Shown: positions 1-10,830 of the stretch, one piece after another
Layout: every line of letters starts with the position of its first letter
Numbering within the stretch: the stretch's first letter is position 1
DNA from: Phoronis australis
Lineage: Eukaryota > Animalia > Phoronida
Reading direction: 5' to 3'
DNA length: 64,000 bases
NCBI GenBank assembly: GCA_002633005.1
Contig: NMRA01000231.1
Span: forward strand, 576,263 to 640,262
Notes under the pieces: generated by a model
Seen by the model: the letters and a program-made list of their open reading frames with translations, nothing else
Told to the model about the DNA's origin: nothing
Databases searched by the model: none
Program-made: the position numbers and the translations under genes

Positions 1-303
1 TTATACGGGTGAAAAACATCAGGTTCGCCTGGACTGCAGGATTATTCTTCTTCTGAAAAAAATGTGCTGTATCGAAAATAACCTTCTGCTATTAATTTAG
101 TGATCTGCTATCCACACCGTCTGTGTCACCTCCAGTTACAGTTCGTATGCATTTGCTGTCGGGTGTCTACAGAGTGTAATGTAAAAATCGAAATGTTTAC
201 GTACGTGAACAAATAGACTTCCACAAGTGGTATGATTTTGTGAGGTTTCCGTCATCATACAGCAGCATCATGAAGCATATACAATGGCAGATTTGTCAGT
301 CTT

Positions 304-498
304 CAGTGCTGTAGGGGGCGTAGGTGCACGTAGGCGCAGCCAACCACCTTTTGGCATTTAAACGTTGCGCCTACACACCGTAAGTTACGCCAATGTGCGA
401 ATTCATTGCACTTTTAAAAAAACAGTGCTCAAGTACGGGATACGGTGGGCATTGGGTAACTACTTACACGTACCTCTAATTTTACCACTACAGCACAG
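304..498. mobile_element. hAT-type MITE
   Basis: 11-bp TIR cagtgctgtag / ctacagcacag (1 mismatch) and a perfect 8-bp target duplication tcagtctt at 296-303 and 499-506. Confidence 0.85.
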
Positions 499-1381
499 TC
501 AGTCTTTGATCGAATATCAAGCATCTTGTGTTCAAAATGGTTTGTCTCTAAATGAGGTTGCCAGCACACAAGGAGATTCGTTTACGTGCACTTGATCTAC
601 CTCGAGAATTTCTATTTTTCTAGCTATTTCATTCAATATGACAAAGAGTAGAGCCATTCTGTATATTTTTGGCTTAAAATCCCTTCCTGAGTGTGGAAAG
701 ACCTACCTCGTGGTGAACAATGCGAAAAGTTCAAAGCGGTGAGTAGAGAAGACGTGAAGCTCTTTTATTGATTTCGGGGGAAAAAAGACTTCCACGTCTG
801 TAGGTGGACTTCCATCTGTAGAAAAATATAAGTAGTTATACAATTCACTTCAGGGAATGATCGTGTCACCCAAAATATGAGTCTGGGAAGCTGTTTATGA
901 GACAAAAAGACAATTTCCTCATGCTGCACTTTAAATTTTCATTGGACAGTGAGTAAGAGAGTGCTTGAAAAAGTGTTAGTGTCATTTGTTGTTTTTAAGC
1001 CAGTTAAAATAGCTCATGCTTCAATCTCCTTGTTTAATCCACGAAACGTGATCTCTGTATTCAAATACGTCTTATAGTATTGTGTAAACAATTTTTTTAT
1101 TGTGAGAGCTGTCCCAGAAATTCTGTTCGTACATGTATTGTGCCCAGGGTCAAATTCACTCAGTTGCATACACTAAATAGCAAGACCGAGCTCAGAGGAC
1201 ACATATAAAGACGTATAATTTTGGATGAATGCCTGACTACATTCATCACAGCAACTGTATCTATAATCTGATACATGTATCTCTGTCTATATCATAATTA
1301 TATTTTGACTGTGAAGCGAACTTAGGGGTTCAGGGAGTGTACATGTAGGCTGGACACAATGTTACATGGGCCTTTATTTCC

Positions 1382-2144
1382 GGCATTGTTCCAAAATCCC
1401 TTCGACTCCCACATCCCACGACCCCAAATCCCCACAACCCACAATGCACAGCCCATTCGACCCATTCGCGTTTCATAATCCTATCATGTCTTTCTCATAA
1501 GACCTGCCTACAAGCAAACCTGGCTCAAGTCCGGTGGTTAACAGCAGAAAGCGACATGAGAATATTATCTGAAACAGCGAAATGTCAGCGTGGCATCGAT
1601 TTCAATGAAATAGTTGCACGAGCGGATATCAACTGCCCTGTTCTACTAAACTGAGGGAGAGATTACGTTAACGTGAATGGACATAATTTATCATTTTTAT
1701 TATTATCTTCCTGTTGTATTCTCCTTTACAATATACACCATGTAACATTGAGGTGCTTTTTAGTTGTCAATTTGTTTTTTCAGACTGTATTTACTGGAAA
1801 AATTACACATCCGTTGGTTCCGCGTACTCTCCCATAAAAAAACTGGTGAGCAGACGAGACGATTAGACTTTTCTGCGGATGACATTTGTGACGTTGGTAG
1901 GTCTTTGCTTAGATTTGGTCGCGTTGTAAATTTCTGGCTTTGGCTTGTAAACTTGCCGAATCGACCCTCATAATTGCAAAAATCAGGGAATGCCCATCCG
2001 AGCTCACGGTCCGAGTCGTTGGTCCTGCAAGTCAGTGCTTGTTCTATGCTTAGATCTAGTCGAACTTGGGTACACTGGGTCGAGGTGGTTGTGCGGTTCA
2101 TGTATCGAAGAGGTCGTGGGATGCGGGTGTTTTAGAACAATCCC
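1382..2144. mobile_element. Non-autonomous TIR element with C-rich subterminal repeats
   Basis: Ends ggcattgttccaaa / tttagaacaatccc are imperfect inverted repeats followed by cccacgacc-type repeats. A similar left end is at about 44404-44500. TSD not clear. Confidence 0.5.
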
Positions 2145-3029
2145 TGTTTTCGTCCACAAATAGGGCAGACAGTGAAATCAAACATCGTAATTCTTCAGGC
2201 AACTCTTATCTTAATTCTGTCAGATTTAAGTGCTATGAAGGGTAATTGAGCTGAATACTGGTGATCATTTAATTGACCTCTCTGCCTCAGATATTTGTTC
2301 TACTGTATATTGCTAATGTACACTGTTATTTTTCGCTTCGTGGTAACACTCAGACTATTAAGAGTTAATGTTTTTAAACCGGTCGGGTATTAGAAATGAC
2401 CATTGTTTGTGAATTAAATTATTTATCTTTGCTTCTGTTATAATCTGTCACAGTCAAAAAGTAATGAAGAGCTTTCTAGCGATGTGGCTCATATGTAGTT
2501 ATGTTGAAAACAGCGGAATTACATTAAACACAAGGGAGGAAAAAGTCACAAAACGATGACGTCAACTGGTGACTATAAAGAAGTGGCAAAGCCGTCTGGC
2601 TAATTTGTATTAACAGTCACTTGTGTACTGAAATTTTATATTACTATTGACTTCTAATATATTTACATAACCGCGAACCGATTATCGTGCATTCCCGGGT
2701 GTTCAGATACCATACATGTACACATATAAAAAATCGATTGTGTCGTTAATGAGTAAAATTTCCTGTAATTCAGTCCCGACGTCAAGGAAACATTGACCAT
2801 ATGTCACCCTTTGGGGGAAATGTAGACCAGATGTTTTTAAAGACCATGCTTCAATGCTTTTACCCATGGCGTAAAGCATTCAGAACAATTATTTGTGAGG
2901 CCATGGCTGATCGTGAATCATGAGATATCTACTTGAATTGAAGTCACCACGTCTCAAAGTTCTAGTCGCAAGTCATTGGAAAAGGCAGCCGTTCGATAAT
3001 TTACACTGCATAAAGCACGGGAAACCTTT

Positions 3030-3980
3030 AACCACAGGCGCCTGGGTTTATCTGTTCCTCGATCGCAAATTACGTCACTCAGTAATACACATAAGAAAAC
3101 ATAAAGGTTGGACACTCGAAATCTGTTTGCTCAGAATTTTCTACTCAAATGTGCATGAAACTCCACGAAACTAGCATCGAACAACTCTTAGAATACCTTC
3201 TTTTATTTGATCTCTTCAAATTGCCTTCGAGTGGTGATTTGGCGACAAAAATGCCAAAAGAATGCCAAAATCACAAATTCAAGGACCTAATTCCCTGATG
3301 TCATGGCAGACGGTATTCGCACATCCAGGTTTTTGACGGACGCTCCCGAGCTAAATCCGAAAGTCTAATTTCGTGCGTCTTTCATCGTCAATCCCTCGAC
3401 TACTTAATCATGAGAAGCAGAGAGCACTTTATTGCCAAATAAATGTAATTACTCACATATTTGTGGCAAATATAAATTATTCTGATACTGTATTGATATG
3501 CGAAGTTATTTTGTGTACTGTGATTTCTTATGAAGGTTTTACTTTTGGCCAAAGCCATTGAGTTAACTCGTCGGCCACGCGCATAGTAATACTTGCACGG
3601 ACTGCGTTTCCTGGCCGAGTGTGTGTTGTGCTTCAGTCAAAAAGTACGTGATGTCAAGATGAGAAACAAGATACGCCAGTTTATGCAATAAAATTCTAAG
3701 TTAAGGGCTCAAATGAGCCGTCAGTGGAATAAAGTTACAAATAATCATTAAAATACTAACTTTAACATTCTCAATTAATTGAGTTTTGTATTAGAGTTAT
3801 TGAATTTGAAATATAGGTTGCTTGCTCAAACTCGAAGTTTCACCTACGTCAGGCGTACAAGTTGAAGCACAACTGAAATCCGCCATGTTTACTATTTCAG
3901 GTCCTTGAATTCAGAGTTTTGAGATTGTTTTGGAAATTCCATCGCCAATTCACCACTCACGAAGACAGTTAATGGGATCT
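3030..3980 (+). repeat. Dispersed repeat with internal long imperfect inverted repeats; inverted copy at 30975-31775
   Basis: 3030-3890 aligns by eye in reverse with 30975-31775 (e.g. atctgtttgctcagaattttct / agaaaattctgagcaaacagat). 3220-3290 is inverted relative to 3895-3970. Confidence 0.7.
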
Positions 3981-4269
3981 AGGAAAAATAAGGCTTCGAA
4001 GGTTTGTGCAACACCAGACTGAGGGAGGTGCACGCTGATTTTATTTGGATTTTGGACGGTTGAAGTTGGGAGCCTGGGCTTGGCAAAGTGTCCAACCTTT
4101 ATGTTTCTTATATATGGTTATGAGTGATATGGAAATCCGAGCGCCTGTGCCTTTAACATGAGGTTTGTATACGCAAGCGTCATTACAGTTTTGGAAAGGC
4201 TGAAAACAAGGGCTAGGTCCAGAGAATCTCCACACAAGAAGTTAGAAGACTTTCTGATTTTTGTGAAGA

Positions 4270-5300
4270 TGTACTGAACAAAAAGCTCTCCTCCCTGAGT
4301 TGACCTGCTTCGATTACTCGATCAAAACATCCCAACTACATGTATTTTGGTGTGCCCGACATTTCTTCAAAGGAAGTAGAATACAATTGCAGTTGGATTT
4401 TTTTATGAAAAGTGTATATTATCTCCAGGCTTTCTGTGACTTAGATGTTCACGCATGCAATCGACGCTTAAGAGTCACGTCTTTGTTATTCTTTAGTGTG
4501 ACAAATACATAGCAAAACAAAGGCTTCAGACCTCTCCACGACCTGCTCCATAAACGAATCCAGAAAAAATTGACAGGACTCAGCGCCAAACGTCGAACAG
4601 CAAAAAATTTGGGGGAGAGAACCGCTATTGTACGCATGGCAGAACTCGGTTTCGAATGTCTCTTTGGAGAAGGCCACTTAGTGCAAATCGATCATCGTCT
4701 GTCGCGAGTACAACAGCAAATTTAATGTCTGCATGATGAACAATGATGGCCAAGAGGAAATTTAAACAACCGTTGATTTCACTTGCACGTTGACGTTCAG
4801 CGGAAAAAATTGCTAGTATGAACAATTATCTTGGCAGAAGTTTACATAGCGGCAGTACCTGTAATTTCGGGACGTGTCGCTACCTATATCCTGAACAACG
4901 ATTAGAACAACGTGTCACTTATCAATCCTGAGTTGTTTTGTGACTTTGAAGTAGAGGGAGGAGATTAACATGGTTACGAGTGGAAAACGTGCTGCAGTAT
5001 CAAAACGTGCTATCTAATAAAAACTTTCAAAAGTTTAGCAAGGTCTTATACGGAAAAGAAGCACAACTGCCTGCACTTTTGGAATATGATCACGTTCTTC
5101 GGGGATTGGTCTGAAGTGGCTATCACATGCCAGTAGAATCATCACCCTCATTTAAATGTTCTAACTGAAGACATTCTGCCGCAGACTGGGGTAATAAGCT
5201 GGAGATCTTACTTGTCCACGATGTGCCAAAGCTGTTGAATGTCAATGATTCATCTCCGGCCATTTTCTTTGAGTACAGTGCTTACATTTGGTATAGGTTA
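4270..5300 (+). pseudogene. Decayed NACHT/NLR-like NTPase fragment (sensor-1 to winged-helix/HD2)
   Basis: After frameshift correction the motifs fall in NACHT order: VLNKKLLPELTCFITR (about 4271-4322), VGF...YYLQAF (about 4393-4433), RMAELGFECL (about 4633-4662), LSWQKF..AAVYL (about 4826-4860), MITFF.GL (about 5086-5108). Many stops and shifts; no Walker A seen. Confidence 0.45.
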
Positions 5301-5534
5301 TAATGAAATAGCTCAAATCAGTCTTCAGTACAGTTATGGCACCGAAGACTTCTCCCACAGATAACTAACGAAAAGCACCCACGCAGTTTGTTTTGCAGTT
5401 CTGGGAATAGAAAATCTCGTGAAAATAAATACCGTGAAAGTTGCGGGATCAATTAATTATTTACATATGTGCATACAGAGACTGCGAGTATGCATCTGAT
5501 AAATACTTCCACTGTGTCAAAAGATATTTCTTAC

Positions 5535-5672
5535 CACGGACGCTGACTTTGTAGCGAGCTCGGTCCCGACTTGTACCGCTATAGTATACGTCCAGCCATA
5601 TGTCATACTTTCTGTTGACATATGAGAGAAATATGTCTCCCCACATCTGCTCGTCTGGTGAAATGGGGAAAT
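5535..5672 (-). CDS. Ig-superfamily adhesion gene, coding exon 5 (second half of Ig2: DFPISPDEQMWGDIFLSYVNRKYDIWLDVYYSGTSRDRARYKVSVR)
   Basis: tcttttcag acceptor, gtaaga donor, 138 nt, phase 1-1, open frame. GDIFLSYV resembles the L1/contactin Ig2 E-strand motif (GNLYF/GDLYI). Confidence 0.75.
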
Positions 5673-7859
5673 CTGAAAAGAATCGCTACTTATCTCCTTT
5701 ACATCAAAGTCGTTGCAAAATTGGAAACAATAGCTTATGAATTTTCAGGATCACGGGTGTGAAAACGTTTTTCAAGAAGAGAAATGAATCTCTAACTCCG
5801 TTTGAAAGGGAATGAGATGCTGACGTTTAAAGTTTGAAGTTCTGTTTGCAATTAGTGAAAAGAAAACCGTTGACACGCGCCCACAGCTAGAGCACAGTAA
5901 ATAAACGGTGTTTCAGGGGTGTTCATGAACTTCAATAAAGTTTCAAAATTTCTTAATAAACACCTTTTCAACACCTTCGACACTAAAGTTAAGATGCGGT
6001 AAAAGGACACACTCTGAGAAATCCGAGATTGTCACAAACAAATCATGATGTCCGACAGATACAAATACATGTATACTCGTAAACCGACAAAGGGGGCACT
6101 GACACGCCGTAAAATGCATCAATTTCGTAAAATGTAACAATTACTAAATTTTATGTTATTGTTACATTTTACGTTGCTAGGCCTCTCGTATAATTTAACC
6201 AAGTGTTGCATTTTATGAAATTGTTACAATTTACGTCGTATGCACGTGCGAGAAACGTACCATTGTAACATTTTACGAAAGCAACGTCACCTTTCATGAG
6301 TTTGCAAGGCAGTTGTCACACGGAGGAAAACCGTTGACACACTTACCGCCTCCTTTCTCGGATTGTGTGTCAGGTCGACTGTATGTACTTTCCGTGGTTT
6401 TTTAACATGAATTGTTTTATGGTATAATGAAAATGTACAGCGAGCAGTTTCAGCTCCACATGAAAGGGTTTCCAGGGTTAGGTAACAAAACGTTCTTGCA
6501 ATCTTTTGTTGGCGCTCATAAACCATTTGTGTATCCGACGTTACAATAAACACACTTCCCATGGTAAGAACAACAATGACATCGTATTTGGCTAATATTT
6601 ATCGTATTTCTTCGGGAACGAACAATACATGTAGCTATAGATTATTCGTTGAAAAAATTTGATGCGGTGCTTAGTCTTCTTACTGGAACTCATATTTTGT
6701 GAACCAAGTTGTTTACCTGATTTTTGTCCTTTGTATTGTATATTTTGCACGACCTCCTATGGTATTATTATTCCCGAGAACCTGTTGATGCCCTTCCGTG
6801 TAGTTATGTTCTGAAGTGTTTTATGTAAATATTTTATTTTTCTTTCATAGATAAATAATAGACATGCAAGTTTCCGTCTACAGTGCTTCCTGTGGCACAT
6901 ACCGTGATACACAGTCGTTAGAAACTGCATAGCAGCCCCAATATATACATTTAATAAAAAAAACTCTTCTTATGCTGCGTGACACTCTGCATTTCGGATA
7001 TTGGAACTGTGTCATTTTGGGCACGTTCTGCACCTTCTACAGACTGCGAGTATTTACTTTTTGCTTCTGCTTATGTCTCCATTTAAAAGGGATTTTAATC
7101 AGTATTACATTTTTTCTTGCTGTATACCCTGTCTTCATAGTGATTTGCAAAGAGATGCTCCGTCTCTGTTAACTATAACGCTCCTTTTTGCTCAAGCCGT
7201 CTTTTATGTTTTTAAAAGACGTTTACTTTCAATACAATATTTTCAAACTAAAAACCTGGCGTCTTTCTATTGTGATTGACAATCTCATGTCACACCCGTT
7301 TTATTCCACGCAGTAAATTTACATCCAAGTTTGACTGCCCGTTAATGGTTGAGCTATTCATACAGTACTTAATTTCTATATTAACCTTTACCTACCAGTT
7401 AAATGTTGATATCCTACTTGATGGTTCAGAGGACGAAACATTCGAAAATTTGCCAAATGGTATCACTCAAGCAGTCTATGGGACTCCCATGAACCAGACA
7501 CAATGCTACTGCCGTTGTTCTTTAGACTAACCGGGGTAGTACAATCTTTTTATTTAGAGAAAATCGTGTCCATTTTCTGAGTGCAGTTTTGCAGCTAATG
7601 CTTCCTGATGAGGTTACTCCCCAGCCATTGTCACAACTCTCACCCTTTCTGGTGCACTAGTTAATTGATCCACCCTCACATATATAAATAGTCTCCGATC
7701 CACCACAATGCCAACAGTTGTGAATAACCTCCTTACCTGAGCACATAGCACTTTGCACGTAAATTAGCTTCTGCTGGGCTACCAAAGCCGATACACGATG
7801 CATTGCATTCGTAATAATAGAGCGGCACTATAAAACTCGGGGTACGAAAGTGTGCCCTA

Positions 7860-8480
7860 AACCGGCTGAATTTCACCAGGGTTTGCTGTGGTATGAGTGG
7901 GGATCAGTTGGGTTCGGAGACAGCTTAGCCATTGGGCGGCTGCACGCTGGGAAGGCGCACGGCCGGGAGTGCTGGGTGGCCCTGTAACATGCGATGCTCT
8001 GGTGGGAGCTACCCCAGGTCCTCCAGGTATATTTGTGTCTGCACTGCCATGTAGCTCAATTTCCCTTGTAGTTAAGGTATAGCTGCGTCTGGTAGGTGGG
8101 TGCGGTATGGCGCCAGTGGAGGGGCCTATCATACACAGCGACCACAACTCCGGCTCTATGGTCGCCCAGGGTGTGGCTGGGTTGCGAGCTTTGTGGGAGC
8201 GGTACTGTACTGCCCATCGTGAGGTATCCAACCGATCCCTCGGGTGATGTGCCCCAAGTCACACGTCTTGCCTGCACTCTGGAGGGGGGTTGAGCTTCAA
8301 CAAATACGGAGGCAAATCCGAGAAAGGCATCGGTCCATTTCCCATTGGTTGCGACTACCTTTTTCCCACATTCATCGCCACTCCTCTACCAGGGTCACAG
8401 CCCCCACGCGGGTTGAGGCGGTGGACAAGATTGTTCATCCATGAACAACCCTGCCCATGTGGCACATACTGAGCCAAAAC
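7860..8480 (-). mobile_element. Ngaro/DIRS-like tyrosine-recombinase retrotransposon, gag (ORF1) relic
   Basis: GC-rich island. Minus-strand WAGLFMD, then GWIPHDGQYRSHKARNPATPWATIEPELWSLCM (after removing a short duplication), matching the gag motif GWxxYDxxFRxxxAxxPxxxWxxIDxELW, followed by a degenerate Cys cluster. Confidence 0.6.
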
Positions 8481-9102
8481 ACCACGTTCCTTACAATATA
8501 TTTTTATCAATCCGTCAGGTCTACTCACTCAGCTTGACCGGAACCTGCTTTGCAGGTTGTTATAGCGCAGTTGGCTGTTTGATGTACCCACTTGGTACTT
8601 TATAATATGATATTTGCCCATTTGGCAGTTGTACCCATTTGGTACTTGTTATTGAATTTGCCGTTTTTCTCGACCCAGTTGGTAGGCAATCGGCCAATAC
8701 CCTTATGTAACACTTTGTATTTTGTACCCATTTGGTACTATGCTAACTTGTGCAACTTAGTATCCGATACCCAATTACACATTGGGTATCGTAAATGTGT
8801 GTGTTATCTCTTGTAATTAAGGAACCCATCTGGTTAAAGGCGAAGGCAACCTTTTTCCATGTCATTTTGAGCTAAAATACGGTTGGTTGGTTATCCTAGA
8901 CATATTTTCCATTTAATTACAGCTTTTCGTAATTTTATAAATTACTCGTCCGCTACTCCGGAAGTGACGTTTTAGGAGGCAAGCATTTCGCGCCAATTTC
9001 TTTTCATATAGTCGGACTGTGAGAGCTGCCGAGTCAGTCATTGTTCTACCTCGGTTGTGTTAAGTTCCGTCGTCGTTTGCTTTCATTTACTAGTCAGTCA
9101 AC

Positions 9103-9825
9103 ATGCCACCCTGTTGCTGCGTACCAGGATGAACTAATTATCGGCTCACGCGCGCTTTCCGATGGATGACACACTTCGCCGTACTTGGCTCGTTCGTGTG
9201 AAGAACGCACTGTTACCCGTCCACGCAACGTACAAACAGTGGAGAATTACCGTGTGTGTGGCAAGCACTTTCTGCCGTCCGATTACAAAAGGGGTTTGTA
9301 CGCTGAACTGATGAAGGTCCCTGCGAAACAACGTCTGAAGAAGGATGCCATTCCGTCTGTGTTGATTCCCGGCATTCCCCCGTCGCTTCCCCCGAGAAGT
9401 GCGTTTTTGAAGCGAGAAGCCTCGCGAGCTGTGGCCAGTACAGTGACTGGAGCCAGTGGAAGCACTTCATCTACTGTCACCCGTGCCTCCGAACGCACCC
9501 CAGAGCGTGCAATTCCTGGAACCAGTAGTGATTCGCCCTGTGATGTTTTCTCCAGCCCAGAGCCTCTAAGCAGTCCTGCAGCGATATTGAGTAGTGGGAG
9601 TGATTACAGGCTCAGTTCGACACCCAGTGAAGCGTGTACAGTTCGCCGTCCAGTGAACAGATCGGTGAGCCAAACTTTGATCAGTTTATTGTGGAGCTAT
9701 TTAGAAGGTGCCAGGTGTGTGGCGAGGGAGTCACACGACACGGTGTAAGCAGTTTGGGTGCTCAGGTCACCATCCAGTGGGACAGTTGTTCCTCTGTCCG
9801 TGGTATGCCGGAGGTCCACTTAACC
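9103..9825 (+). pseudogene. Truncated Kolobok transposase N-terminus (THAP domain plus Zn-binding region)
   Basis: MPPCCCVPG* ... RVCGKHFLPSDY ... LKKDAIPS (THAP), then FIVELFRRCQVCG...GAQVTIQW. The catalytic DDE core is deleted. Confidence 0.85.
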
Positions 9826-10127
9826 ATGTCCAGTAGTGGCTTGGCCTCGTCGAAGTCTGAACAGCACAAGCATTCCATTGAGGTAGGCATAACAACGCAC
9901 ACAGAGCATTTCCACCAAGATGTGTCACCACGTCTGTCCTCAGTAGCCGCCTCGTTTCTCTCAACAGCTGCCTGTGCCTGTGCGTACTCTGCCTCGTTAA
10001 AATCGGGCTCAAACATGTACACACCCACTGAATGTCCGTGAAAAAATTCCTCATCACCACTGCTGTGAACAAGGTCTCCGTCACTCACACTACTGTCACT
10101 GTGATACGGGTCACCGACTCCAGCCAT
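9800..10127 (-). pseudogene. Truncated KolX protein (P2X7 C-terminal ballast-like Cys cluster)
   Basis: MAGVGDP...YMFEP...RGDTSWWKCSVCVVMPTSMECLCC matches the KolX/P2X7-tail motif WCxCxxCxxMPxxxExxCC; convergent with the THAP ORF. Confidence 0.85.
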
Positions 10128-10830
10128 TTTCAGCTTACAACACACTAAACAATCCCTAAATCCAACGTAGTTGAGTTCTCTACTAACCTACATGTATCTT
10201 GCCGCAGAATACTCGCTGATGGAAAGTGGTGGCGACAATTGTTGTAAAACAGCACAAAACAAAAGTAGAATAGAACAGATTCGCAAGATAAAGTCAACGT
10301 AAAACCAAGTGGCGGGAAACGCTTGTCTCCTAAAACGTCACTTCCGGAGTAGCGGACGAATACTTTATAAAATTACGAAAAGCTGTAATTAAGTGTAAAA
10401 TATGTCTAGGATAACCAACCAACCTTATTTTAGCTCAAATTGACATGGAAAAGGTTGCCTTCGCCTTTAAGGAACCCATCTGGTTCCTTAGGTGAAATAT
10501 TCATTTGTAGAGCTGTGACCCTGAAATTCCCAATACAACCTAGAATATATATTATTGTTGTTGCTTTATTTGTCCCCAATAACTACAACTCTCGATCAAA
10601 ACTTGGTCGAGCAGGTAGCCTGAAAACCACAGAGCAAACTCTCGTAACTAGTCGCAAGGTCGCTAGCTGTATCATGGAGGTGGTGAACTACATTTTAGCC
10701 ACTCGCTTTTTGTTTTTTTACATATTTCTGAGAGGAATTTTTGTTGATTCGCCAACTTGTCTACGTTCTATATACATCGCACTTAGTATTTTACTTTATG
10801 GAACCGATTTGTCATGTCTTTCGTCGGAAC

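Larger units (their letters stand above)
8838..10466 (+). mobile_element. Non-autonomous Kolobok DNA transposon, family K1 copy 1
   Basis: TTAA at 8834-8837 and 10467-10470; termini AGGCGAAGG / CCTTCGCCT; about 160-bp TIRs; convergent THAP-transposase and KolX remnants inside. Confidence 0.92.

Noticed and set aside
1-2860. Further Ig-gene exons (about 200-548 around the MITE; about 2711-2840)
   Set aside because: The candidates have stops or lack a convincing acceptor or Ig motif; the next exon could not be placed.
9762-10145. Host P2X7 receptor gene fragment
   Set aside because: Lies inside TTAA-flanked TIRs opposite a THAP ORF, so it is transposon KolX.
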